A stretch of DNA of 64,000 bases from Candidatus Marinacidobacterales bacterium (lineage in GTDB: Bacteria; Acidobacteriota; Vicinamibacteria; Marinacidobacterales; DATDRI01): NCBI GenBank assembly GCA_965226495.1, contig OZ245365.1, positions 4,864,001-4,928,000 of the forward strand, written 5' to 3'. The notes beneath the pieces were generated by a model that made no database searches, was not told the DNA's origin, and was given only the letters and a program-made list of their open reading frames with translations. The position numbers and the translations under genes were made by a program. How positions within the stretch are numbered: position 1 is the first letter of the stretch; every line of letters begins with the position of its first letter. Shown piece by piece: positions 9,883-19,446 of this stretch.

Positions 9883-10908
9883 TCACTCTACCGGAACAGG
9901 TATCAGCGTCATAACCGAAAGGGCAATTACGAGACCGACGAACTCGACAAAGGCTATCCTGTCTCCCTCTTCATCCTTGCTTCCCGTCCAGGTGCGCCAG
10001 CCAGCAGCCACGAGAAGAAGAAGGAGCAGCCCTTCAGCCGTGAAAAACCAGGCGACTCCGATGACGATGGTCACCCAAAAGCGCTGGTGACGAGAAAGTG
10101 CTCGAAAGCCTCGACTCCCATCGAGCTGCCAAACGGGAAAGAGGTTGAACAAGTTGATCCACGCACCGATTCGGGCGACGGCGGCCCAGATGGGTCCGCC
10201 GCCGACCAGAAAAACGAGATAAGCCCCGACGGCAGCTCCTAAACCCCAGAGCGGTCCTGCCAGCCCCACGCGCGCGTCCTCACGTGCGTCAACGGGGTAT
10301 TGATTGAGCCGAACGAAGGCACCAAGACCGGGAATGAACATCGGAGCCGACGCCGCGATCCCGAATCGACGAAGGGCCGCTACATGTCCCATCTCGTGGA
10401 TATAGATAGAGACGACCAGACCCAAACCGAACTTCCAGCCAAAGGCAGCCCAATAGACGCCCAGGGATAGAAACATTGAGAAGAACGTTCCCGACTTGGT
10501 AAGACCCGCTAAAAGGAACTTGGCCTTCGTAGCCACGAAGGCGGCGACGGTCTTCAGCTTCCAAAGCAGTAGGAGAATTCCACCAAGACCCCACCAGCCC
10601 CGACTCTTCGGACGCGAACCGAGTTGTTCCTCCGAGGCGGCAGGCGTATCGGCGGCGGGCGCCTGGTCCAATAAACGACTGAGCGCACTGGCTTTTTTAG
10701 AGACGGATTGATGCTGACCCGAGCCGGGAGGCAGGAGATCGAGGACCTGGCGCCACGCCTCTAGCTCGCCCAATGTGTCCTGTTTTTTGGAGCGAGCCGC
10801 GGCCACTCCTGCGAGACGCTCCAGCTCCTCTTTGTGAACGAGTTGATGACAGACAGGACAGCTAAGGCGATTCTCGGACAGTTCGGTGCCGCAACCTTGA
10901 CACGCCAT
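9883..10908 (-). CDS. Site-2 protease (peptidase M50) family protein with N-terminal zinc ribbon
   Basis: HEMGH, AGP and NLFPVWQLDG motifs. Multiple TM segments. Confidence 0.9.
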   Translation of the reverse strand: MACQGCGTELSENRLSCPVCHQLVHKEELERLAGVAAARSKKQDTLGELEAWRQVLDLLPPGSGQHQSVSKKASALSRLLDQAPAADTPAASEEQLGSRPKSRGWWGLGGILLLLWKLKTVAAFVATKAKFLLAGLTKSGTFFSMFLSLGVYWAAFGWKFGLGLVVSIYIHEMGHVAALRRFGIAASAPMFIPGLGAFVRLNQYPVDAREDARVGLAGPLWGLGAAVGAYLVFLVGGGPIWAAVARIGAWINLFNLFPVWQLDGSRGFRALSRHQRFWVTIVIGVAWFFTAEGLLLLLLVAAGWRTWTGSKDEEGDRIAFVEFVGLVIALSVMTLIPVPVE

Positions 10909-11717
10909 CAGCCGAGACTTGAGACTTTGGGCGACGACCCGGCGGGCCCACTCTCACCAACCTTGAAAGGCCCGACCACTCCAAACGGCTGGTACTCATT
11001 CAACTTCCACGCCTGGTAAAGTGCGAACCCGATGATCAAGATTCCGATGACGTTCTCGAACCCAGCGAGAAACGGGCTTGCCAAAACGAACAAGGCGAAG
11101 AGCGCGAGTGCAAAGACCGCATCCGAAGTCGAGAGCTCCTCCGCGATCACGCCGTTCGATTTTTCCTGCCCAGCACCGTTTTCAGGCGAGGCCCCGGTTG
11201 ATAGTTCGTCATTCGCTTCGGGAACCACCTCGCTTTCCCCATCCGAAATCGGCGACTCCGCCTGCTCCATCTCACCCATTCCCTCGATGATAAACGGGAC
11301 ATAGGTACTGACGATGGCGATGTAAGTGATGGCTACCGCGAGCGCTTGATACGCCCTTCCTCCAGCGCCTCCGGAGCCCCATCGCACTGCGACGCCAACG
11401 ATATAGCCGACGACGATCGCAACCAGACCGATCTCGTATCCGGTCAGGGCGACAACGGCGTAGTAGATTCCGGCACCGATCGCGCCTGCAAAGCCGCCCG
11501 CCAAAACGGAGCGTAGCAGGCGACCGAACGAAGAACCCCTCGCCCGCTCATTCTCCACCTCGTAGCGACACGCCTCACAGGTGGTTTGGCCGTTGATATC
11601 GAAATACGCGTCGTAGATAGGCTGGTTGCAACGCGCGCAGCTCAGCGAGGGTTCGTCACTCCCGAAATCCGCCTTGTCGAAGTCCATCTTGCCTTCGCGT
11701 TCCGGGTTTTCATCCAC
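10908..11717 (-). CDS. Hypothetical membrane protein with N-terminal CxxC...CxxC
   Basis: 269-aa ORF with several hydrophobic helices. Its stop overlaps the M50 start. Confidence 0.75.
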   Translation of the reverse strand: MDENPEREGKMDFDKADFGSDEPSLSCARCNQPIYDAYFDINGQTTCEACRYEVENERARGSSFGRLLRSVLAGGFAGAIGAGIYYAVVALTGYEIGLVAIVVGYIVGVAVRWGSGGAGGRAYQALAVAITYIAIVSTYVPFIIEGMGEMEQAESPISDGESEVVPEANDELSTGASPENGAGQEKSNGVIAEELSTSDAVFALALFALFVLASPFLAGFENVIGILIIGFALYQAWKLNEYQPFGVVGPFKVGESGPAGSSPKVSSLG

Positions 11718-11751
11718 GGTTGCCCCCCTTACGGGAGATTTGTCAACGTCA

Positions 11752-13056
11752 CTACCACGCGTTCAACAGTTGCTCCCAACCGCTGCGCTCCAGAGCAGAA
11801 ACCTCGCGCCGGAGCTCTTCCAGAGAGCGGGACGCGACGGAAGCCCGTGGGCTGCAGGTTCCAGTCCGCAGGAAGTCGAGCGCCTCGGCCAGAGAAGCCT
11901 CTTCCGGGTCGCCCAAGGCGTTGTCGAGATCGTCGGCGGCGGCGCAGTCGGCCCGAAGCCCCGAGAAGAAGTCTCCCTCACCCGAGGCATTGCGTGTCTC
12001 GAAGGATACGGGGAACAAGACCTTGTCGCAGAAGTTGAACCCGTACTGGCCGACCGGTTTGCCGAACGTCCTGCCCCCCACGATCGTCACCGGCAGGAAC
12101 GGCCTCAGTCCATTTATCAGCGTCTCGCTTGCCGAAGCGGAGGCTCGAGTAGTGATCACGACGAGGCGAGGCACGTCGACCGCTCGCGCCGGATCTTCGA
12201 GGCGGAGCACCTGATTCCGGGATGTGTTCTTATCGTTGTGGAAGAATTCCACGAAAACCTGCGTATTGGTTCGCACGCCACCGACGAGCCCCGCCAAGTG
12301 TTGACTGACGCTCACCAGACCTCCCCCGTTGTAACGCAGATCGAGGATCACATCCGTCACGCCCGCGGCCTTGAATTTCCGGAAGGCGCGATTGAGAGCG
12401 TTGATAGAGGGCTCAACGAAGTTTCGGAAATGGAGGTAGCCCACCGGCAAACCGTCGACGTCGAATACCTTCGTGTCGGAAACAGTAGGGATGGTGACCG
12501 CGCGCTTGGTAACCACCTCGCTGCGCGTCTCTCCTCGGACGGTACGCCACGTGAGCTCTCTACTCACGCCGATCGTGCTCGGACCGAGTGCCGAGCCGAA
12601 CTCGCCCGCATCTAAGAGCTCCGACACTGACCGTCCATCGATCGCCAGAAGGAATGCGCCTCGATTCAAGCCCGCCTCCGAAGCCGGGCTTTTCCCGAAC
12701 ACCTGTGTCAACCGGATCTCTCGCCGAGCCGTCTGCTCGGTACTAAAACCAAATCCAACAAATTGGCTCTCTGAGAAGAAGGCGTCCGTCTCGGCGCGGG
12801 AGGAGATGCCGCTGAAGCTTCTGTCGAGCGGGCGGAAACGAACCGCCTCGAGGTAGGCCTCGGGCGAGTCGAAGAGCGCCGGGTTCGTGTCGGGTAGCTC
12901 CCGATACCAAAAATAGATGTCGAAGAGAATGTCGCGAACGAAGTTGTTCTGCCCGAGTACCGAGCAGTCTGTCTGCGCGAGCGTGGGCCCGCCGGCGCCC
13001 ACGAACAGAACCACTACAAAGAAAACCCGGAGGGTTCTTGTCAGGGGGTGTAGCAC
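11752..13056 (-). CDS. S41 family peptidase with PDZ domain
   Basis: YFWY, SPASEAGL (PDZ), LDLRYNGGG, SASASE and TFGKPVG motifs. Confidence 0.9.
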   Translation of the reverse strand: MLHPLTRTLRVFFVVVLFVGAGGPTLAQTDCSVLGQNNFVRDILFDIYFWYRELPDTNPALFDSPEAYLEAVRFRPLDRSFSGISSRAETDAFFSESQFVGFGFSTEQTARREIRLTQVFGKSPASEAGLNRGAFLLAIDGRSVSELLDAGEFGSALGPSTIGVSRELTWRTVRGETRSEVVTKRAVTIPTVSDTKVFDVDGLPVGYLHFRNFVEPSINALNRAFRKFKAAGVTDVILDLRYNGGGLVSVSQHLAGLVGGVRTNTQVFVEFFHNDKNTSRNQVLRLEDPARAVDVPRLVVITTRASASASETLINGLRPFLPVTIVGGRTFGKPVGQYGFNFCDKVLFPVSFETRNASGEGDFFSGLRADCAAADDLDNALGDPEEASLAEALDFLRTGTCSPRASVASRSLEELRREVSALERSGWEQLLNAW

Positions 13057-13158
13057 GTTGATGGTCCTCCTAGAAGATGTCGCCCCTTATTGTACCAACT
13101 CCAAGACCTTTTCTCAGATTCGCCTCGCGACGACGGCAAGCTAATCAAGCTAGTCAGG

Positions 13159-13542
13159 CTATTCAGGGATTTCCACTTTAATCCACTCAGCGCCGAGTTT
13201 CGGGTCGTTGTCCTTGAACTTTACCTCCACCATCCGACCCGCCGCGAGATCCGAGAAGCCGCCTACTTGGTTGGTCGATTTCATTTTGCTCTTGTCCAAC
13301 CAAATGCTGCAGCCCTCTGCCACTTGAATCGTGTAACTCCCCGCCGCGTCCGACATCGTGACTGTCTGATCCGTAGCGTTTAGTGCTTCGATCTTTCCCA
13401 TCTTCGTGTACTCACCCGACAAGCCCGGTGACTTCCCGATGGGAATAAATATTTCCGTCGTTTTCTGTACGCTCGCGTTGGGCAGGGCACCCATCGCTGC
13501 GAGAGCGATGCCAATGACTATCACGTATCTCAACATGTCCAT
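13159..13542 (-). CDS. Small secreted hypothetical protein (OB-fold-like)
   Basis: Signal peptide. GGAG RBS immediately after the upstream gene stop. Confidence 0.7.
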   Translation of the reverse strand: MDMLRYVIVIGIALAAMGALPNASVQKTTEIFIPIGKSPGLSGEYTKMGKIEALNATDQTVTMSDAAGSYTIQVAEGCSIWLDKSKMKSTNQVGGFSDLAAGRMVEVKFKDNDPKLGAEWIKVEIPE

Positions 13543-13548
13543 GTCTCC

Positions 13549-14946
13549 TTAGGATTCGACCAATTCGTCTCGCGCTTTAACCAACTCGGCAATGGCCTCT
13601 CGAGCCCGTGTTTCACTCGAGGACCCTCCTGCGTTCGCTTCCTCAGTAAGCCTGCGGGCCTCCCTCAGATGAGCCACCGCGGCTGCATGGAGACCACCGC
13701 TCGCCAGTACCTGGAGGCCATCATCGGTTTCCTGAATCGCCCGCGCGAGCAACCGTTCGAACTCCTCGTTTCCCAAGAACTTCCTATTGGCGAATGAATT
13801 CAAGAACTCGATGCTTTGCCTAATGTTCTCCAATGTATTGACGACCCTGAGAAACGCCGCCACTGCGACGACCTGAGTCGCATCGAGATTGATACCGCTT
13901 CCGGTGGCGCCCACAAGAAGTTGACCGGCCGGCGAGTTGTTGAAGGCGTCACCGTTGTAGAAGGCAACAGCTCCCTCGATCGTCTCCACCGAGTTGTTGT
14001 GAAAGAAAGGGCCGGTGTCCGCGGCCTCGACTAAGGATGGAGTATTGAACTCGCCGTTGCCCGGCGTCCCAAAACCATCGTCGGGTGGATTCAATTCATC
14101 GGTCAAGTCAGCCGGCTGATCCGGCAAATCCTCGACACCGGTATTGAAGTTGAGATTGCCCGCGCCTGCACCAAAGATATTCGGGTCCCCGTTGGCCCCC
14201 GCGTTCGAGTGGCACGCGAAACACTTGCCCAGGGTAGCGTCATTGAAGATCTCCTGACCTCGCGCCGCGACCAGCCCTTTGAGAGGAAGAGGCAGGGTCA
14301 GCTCTTGCTGGCGCCCGAGAGACAGTTGGAAGGCCGCCATAGCATTCAACTCCTCGTCGGTGGGCAGACGAAAATCGACGCCGGGTACACGGTCGACCGT
14401 CTTCGTGAAATGCTGAATCACCGCACCCGTGGCGAAGGAACGAAGCGACCCGTCACCCGGTGCTCCATCACCAGACCAACCGGTGCGAGGCCCGTCACGG
14501 CTGTCGATGGAGACTGGAAGTCCAAGCGTATGAGGAACGCCCCGCATGTTGAAGTTGCTCTCCAGATCGTCGAAACCGTCTTGATTCTCCAAGATCAATC
14601 CAAACTCCCGCATCAATGTTGGATTCTCGAAGTTTTCGGCGAGGTCGGGGTTGAATTCCGCAACGAAAAGCGGATCGTCGTCGGGAAGCGTCGCTATAAA
14701 CGCGGGGTCGATGGCGAAGTTGTTGGATGCCGGATGGCAGCTCCCACACGTTCTGCCGTTACCGCCGAATGTTTCGTCAAAGAAAAGAGCTCGACCTCGA
14801 GCAATCAGTGCATCGTCTGGATTCGGAATGGGCGGGGGCTTACAAGCCCCGAGACCGACAATAAGAACTGAAAGTAGTATGCGACTTCCAGAATTGGCAG
14901 GAATTGCAGGACAATTCATCTTCCTTACTCCTCCTTCCGCTTTCAC
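13549..14946 (-). CDS. Di-heme cytochrome c peroxidase/MauG-superfamily lipoprotein
   Basis: FGGNGRTCGSCH, CFACH and FNTPSL...DTGPFFHN motifs. Lipobox LGAC. True start may be 14919. Confidence 0.8.
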   Translation of the reverse strand: MKAEGGVRKMNCPAIPANSGSRILLSVLIVGLGACKPPPIPNPDDALIARGRALFFDETFGGNGRTCGSCHPASNNFAIDPAFIATLPDDDPLFVAEFNPDLAENFENPTLMREFGLILENQDGFDDLESNFNMRGVPHTLGLPVSIDSRDGPRTGWSGDGAPGDGSLRSFATGAVIQHFTKTVDRVPGVDFRLPTDEELNAMAAFQLSLGRQQELTLPLPLKGLVAARGQEIFNDATLGKCFACHSNAGANGDPNIFGAGAGNLNFNTGVEDLPDQPADLTDELNPPDDGFGTPGNGEFNTPSLVEAADTGPFFHNNSVETIEGAVAFYNGDAFNNSPAGQLLVGATGSGINLDATQVVAVAAFLRVVNTLENIRQSIEFLNSFANRKFLGNEEFERLLARAIQETDDGLQVLASGGLHAAAVAHLREARRLTEEANAGGSSSETRAREAIAELVKARDELVES

Positions 14947-15408
14947 GGGTCACAAGCAACCTCATCGGCGCGCACTGGAAATTGTTCGGAGGTGAAAAAA
15001 TCAACGTGAGCAATGTCACACTTTTTGTCCAACTTGCTGGAGATCTGTCCCCATCTTTCCAAGGCAAGCCATGCGTGTCAAATCAATCGACGCCGACCGT
15101 ACTGGAAACCACAGAGCGCAAGATATGCCGCGGCGCACGTACTCTATCTGGACCGTGTCACGGACCCAGACGCCATATTGGGTTATTGACAAAAACCATC
15201 GAAATAGTCAAGGTGCAGCCTAGGAGACATTAGTCTCCTCTGGCTTGATGTCAGCTGCGGGGGCCAGCAGACTTCCGCAAGTTTGCACTCTTCATTTTCA
15301 GAAGACCGGACACGTCATGTCGGCGGTCGCGAGCTACGTTTTCTCACGCCTTAGCGCCTTTTCTTCGTACGCGGTCAGAGCTCAACCTCGCCGAAAGGAG
15401 GATTACCC

Positions 15409-16173
15409 GGTGCAATCCATGTGGAACGTAAACATGACAGGTGCCGTCGCCGCGTTTCTTGTGTCGGTGGCTGTCGTCGCCACGGGCCAGTTGCCTGACC
15501 CTGGCATGACCATCGACCCTGAAAACACCGCACTCGTTGTCACAGATCCCCAGATTGACTTCTTGAGCCCCAAAGGGGTGACGTGGGCGATGGTCGGAAA
15601 GAACGTCACCGAAGTAAACACCGTCGAAAACCTCGAGACGCTATTCAAGTCGTCCAAGGCCAACGGTATCCAGGTGTTCATCTCGCCCCCCACTACTACT
15701 TCCCGACCGATCATGGTTGGAAGTTCGAGGGTGCGCTCGAAAAAGTCATGCACGACCTGGGCATGTTCGACCGGAGGGGTCCCTTGAGTGTGGAAGACTT
15801 CGAGGGCTCGGGTGCGGATTGGATGGAGATCTATAAGCCGTACATCAACGACGGCGAGACCGTTGTGGTGAGTCCCCACAAGATTTACGGCCCGGAACAG
15901 AACGATCTCGTACTTCAGTTGCGTAAGCGCGGCATGGATCGCATCATTCTCGCCAGCATGTCCGCCAACCTATGCGTCGAGAGCCACTTGAGAGAGCTTT
16001 TGGAACAAGGCTTCGAAGTTGCGGTGGTCAAGGACGCGACGGCGGCGGCTCAAATACCCGACGGCGACGGGTACGCAGCGGCGCTCGTGAATTTCCGTTT
16101 CATCGCCAACTCGGTCTGGACCACCGCGGAGACCAAGAAGATGATCGAGGGAGCTAAAAAAGCGAGTGAATAG
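15409..16173 (+). pseudogene. Secreted cysteine hydrolase (isochorismatase family), frameshifted at a C6 run near 15686-15691
   Basis: ALVVTDPQIDFLS in the first frame. SPHKIYGP and MSANLCVESH in the second frame. Confidence 0.8.
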
Positions 16174-16185
16174 GAGGACCCAAAA

Positions 16186-16670
16186 ATGATGCTCTCTCGT
16201 TCCCAGAAGAGTACTTCGACGCGTTGTTTTGTATGACCTCGATCCACTACTTCGGCCTCGAGCCCGAGTTCCTAAAGCACGTTCTGCGGTACTTGAAGAG
16301 AGGCGGGCGATTTTCAGTGGGCAACACCTGTTTCGATCGAGAGATCCCCCCCGAGCGCGTACCGGACATCTATCGGACCACCCCGCCGGGGGCAATAATG
16401 GACGGCTGGGAAAATGAATGCTCGAGGTATCACTCGCCGGAGTGGTGGCGGCGCCTCTTCGAACAATCTGCGCTCGTGGAAGTGATCGAATGCGTGGAGC
16501 TGGAGGATGACCCCGCCATGTGGGAGGACAAGTTGGCTTACGACTTGGAGAAGTCTGGCTGGAAGGAAGAGAAAGTCGAAGATCTAAGGTGGAAGATCGA
16601 TCAGATTCTTCACCGGGAGGACGATACACCGCACTTCACTTTTTTTGTCGCCGCGGTGGAGAAACGATGA
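16186..16670 (+). pseudogene. C-terminal half of a class I SAM-dependent methyltransferase
   Basis: FPEEYFDALFCMTSIHYFG...LKRGG present. The N-terminal GxGxG motif is absent. Confidence 0.65.
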
Positions 16671-16694
16671 TTTCACCGATAGGAGGGGGGCACG

Positions 16695-18353
16695 ATGAAC
16701 CATAGCAAGAGGCAGCAATTACTCAGCCAAAAGCAAGACCGAGACCCGTCCGGCGGATCGCTGCGTCGATTCGTTTTGACGTTGTCCGTTTGCTTGACGG
16801 CGACCGCGGGTTGTCAGCGGGAAGCGGATCCTCTCCAAAGCGCCTTCGACGCGATGGGTGGAAAGGATGCCCTTCTGGAGCTCAGAGGCTTCAGCTACGA
16901 GTCGTCCGGCGAGCGTTTCGAGCCCGCCCAGGTTCTGATCCCCGAGGGCGACCCCATCAACGCGAGCTCCTTTAGCCTGTCTCTTCTCTCCGACGTCGAG
17001 AAGGACCGGTTGAGCTTCGACTGGCAGCGGCAGATCCTTGATCCGCTCAGAGGAGAGCTCTCCTATAAGGACGTCCTCGACGGAGCGGTTGGGTACCAGA
17101 CCGGGAATGATTCCCTCTTCAACCCACCGGACACGGCGTCAGATCGTGCACTCACTTCCGAACGCATGGGCGCGCTCCGACGGGAATTCCGACTCCTCAA
17201 TCCGCAGCTCTATCTCCGCGCACTTGCCCGGGACGAGAGCGCGGGCACGATGAAGGCAGATGTCGAGCTCGACGGGCGCACTCATCACGTCATTGAGGTG
17301 TCCGATGACGTGCTGCCAGTAGAGCTTTTCGTCGACGCGGCAAGCGGCCGCCTGTCGAAGCTCCGGACTCCTCAGAATGATCATATCTGGGGGGACGTCT
17401 CAACCGAGGTCACCTATAGCGACTGGTCCGCGCCCGAAGGCAGCGGCTTGTTGTTTCCGCACCGAGTGGAGATGGCGATTGCCGGTAAGACGCTTCGCAC
17501 GGCCACGCGCACCGATGTGGTCATCAATCCCAATTTCCCCGCCGACGCCTTTGCTCTTCCCGATGAGCCAAAGACCGAGGTCGACGAAGCGGCTGCGAAA
17601 CGAGGTGGAGTGAGCTCACAGTATGTCACGCGGTGGAACGCCCTCGGCCTGCCTTTGGGTGACCAGGATCAAACCTCGGTTATCGCTACAGCGGTGGCTG
17701 ACGACAAGAACGTCCAGTATCTGACCGGAGGCACGCACCACTCGCTGGCGATAAGGCTCGGTGAGGGGATCGTCGTGGTGGAGCCTCCCCTCAACGAAGC
17801 CCGCTCGAGGGCCGTGCTGAAGGAGCTCGACGAGCTCTGGCCGGGGGTACCTGTCAGCCATCTGATTCTCACCCATCATCATTTTGATCACATGGGCGGA
17901 ATCCGGACCTACGCTGCAGCTGGCACCACCATTGTCACGAGTGAGCTCAACAGCTCCTACGTGGAGGAAGCGCTCCGTTCATCCCACACCTTGGTTCCCG
18001 ACGAACTTGCGGCGCTAACCAGCCCTGAATGGACGATCGAAGCCGTCCCGGCAGATGGCGAGTTCAGCCTGGAGAAGGACGGGCGAAGCGTGAAGGCGCG
18101 GCACATCCCGTCGGTTCACAACGAGGACATGCTGGTCGTCTACCTGCCAGAGAACCAACTCCTCTTCGAGAGTGACATCTACATCATGCCTGGCGTTTTT
18201 CCAGCGCACCAGCCACTGCCGGCGCCCTTCGCAGATTGGGCCCGGGGACTTCGGGATGGGCTCGCGGCGCTGGATTGGGAAATCGAGTGGATCGCCGGCG
18301 GCCACGGCGGCGTTGCCCCGTTCGCTGACCTGCTCTCCCACTTCGGGACCTGA
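16695..18353 (+). CDS. MBL-fold metallo-hydrolase, probable lipoprotein
   Basis: THHHFDHMGG, H-NEDML, ESD and GGHG motifs. TAGC lipobox. Confidence 0.88.
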   Translation: MNHSKRQQLLSQKQDRDPSGGSLRRFVLTLSVCLTATAGCQREADPLQSAFDAMGGKDALLELRGFSYESSGERFEPAQVLIPEGDPINASSFSLSLLSDVEKDRLSFDWQRQILDPLRGELSYKDVLDGAVGYQTGNDSLFNPPDTASDRALTSERMGALRREFRLLNPQLYLRALARDESAGTMKADVELDGRTHHVIEVSDDVLPVELFVDAASGRLSKLRTPQNDHIWGDVSTEVTYSDWSAPEGSGLLFPHRVEMAIAGKTLRTATRTDVVINPNFPADAFALPDEPKTEVDEAAAKRGGVSSQYVTRWNALGLPLGDQDQTSVIATAVADDKNVQYLTGGTHHSLAIRLGEGIVVVEPPLNEARSRAVLKELDELWPGVPVSHLILTHHHFDHMGGIRTYAAAGTTIVTSELNSSYVEEALRSSHTLVPDELAALTSPEWTIEAVPADGEFSLEKDGRSVKARHIPSVHNEDMLVVYLPENQLLFESDIYIMPGVFPAHQPLPAPFADWARGLRDGLAALDWEIEWIAGGHGGVAPFADLLSHFGT

Positions 18354-18359
18354 GGCTAA

Positions 18360-19343
18360 ATGGATCGACAAACGATGCGAGCGGTGGTGATCGAAGAAGC
18401 TGGTGGACCGGAGGCGCTCAAGCTCCAGGAGCGGCCGGTTCCGAAGCCCGAGCCCGGGTGGATTCTGATCCGGGTCAAGGCCTTCGGGATCAACCGCTCT
18501 GAGCTCTTCACGCGCCAGGGGCACTCGCCCTCGGTACGTTTTCCCCGGGTCTTGGGCATCGAAGCAGTCGGCCAGGTTGCCGAGGCGCCGGGTGGCGAAT
18601 TCCCCGAGGGCCAGACCGTGGCCACGGCGATGGGCGGAATGGGCCGTCAGTTTAACGGCTCTTATGCTGAGTACACCTGCGTGCCCGCCTCCCAGGTCCA
18701 AGCTCTCGAAACGAAGCTTGATTGGCGTACATTAGCCGCGCTCCCGGAGATGCTGCAGACCGCGTGGGGCTCGCTGCATACCGCTCTCGAGATCGAGAAG
18801 GGTCATGCGCTCCTGATTCGTGGCGGTACCACTTCCGTTGGGCTCGCCGCCGCAGTTCTGGCCAAAAAACATGGGGCGACGGTCGCGGCAACAACCCGTC
18901 GCCCAGAGCGCGAAGCGATGCTTCGCGAGAACGGAGCCGACCGAGTATTCGTCGATGACGGCAAACTGGCCGACGTGGTTCGTCAGGCGTGTGACGGCGG
19001 AGTCGATCGTGTGCTTGAACTGGTCGGAACGACGACTCTCCTCGATTCGCTGAAAGCGGCGGCCCGCCATGGGATCGTGTGTATGACCGGAATGGTCGGC
19101 AGCAAATGGGACTTCGAGAGGTTCGCCCCTATGGACGCGATTCCCACATCGGTCAAGCTCACGACCTATGCCGGAGAGGCGCACGATTTCATGAGAACAC
19201 CGCTCCAGGACTTCATTCGAGAAATCGAGGATGGACGCACCGCAGTTCGTATCGGGAAGGCGTTTCAGCTCGACGAGATTGTCGAAGCGCATCGTTGCAT
19301 GGAAGAGAACCAGGCGCAGGGCAAGATCGTCGTACTTACTTGA
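18360..19343 (+). CDS. NADPH:quinone oxidoreductase / MDR-superfamily protein
   Basis: [34 protein letters not shown] and GKIVV motifs. Confidence 0.9.
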   Translation: MDRQTMRAVVIEEAGGPEALKLQERPVPKPEPGWILIRVKAFGINRSELFTRQGHSPSVRFPRVLGIEAVGQVAEAPGGEFPEGQTVATAMGGMGRQFNGSYAEYTCVPASQVQALETKLDWRTLAALPEMLQTAWGSLHTALEIEKGHALLIRGGTTSVGLAAAVLAKKHGATVAATTRRPEREAMLRENGADRVFVDDGKLADVVRQACDGGVDRVLELVGTTTLLDSLKAAARHGIVCMTGMVGSKWDFERFAPMDAIPTSVKLTTYAGEAHDFMRTPLQDFIREIEDGRTAVRIGKAFQLDEIVEAHRCMEENQAQGKIVVLT

Positions 19344-19446
19344 AGCGGTGGCACTTTCGTTCTCTGGCGAGGGGCGTGAGCTTGGAGTTTAGATTTGCGC
19401 GCATCACGGGCGCCGTAGACCGCCGAGGGACAGGAGGTGGGTCGTC

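Noticed and set aside
11626-12615. Long antisense ORFs (for example 11626-12615, 4591-5586, 28103-29134, 57468-58448)
   Set aside because: These are shadows of well-supported opposite-strand genes in GC-rich DNA and carry no recognisable motifs.
15186-15240. FNR box or riboswitch upstream of the isochorismatase gene
   Set aside because: The TTGAC...GTCAA half-sites are too far apart for FNR, and only one short hairpin is evident.
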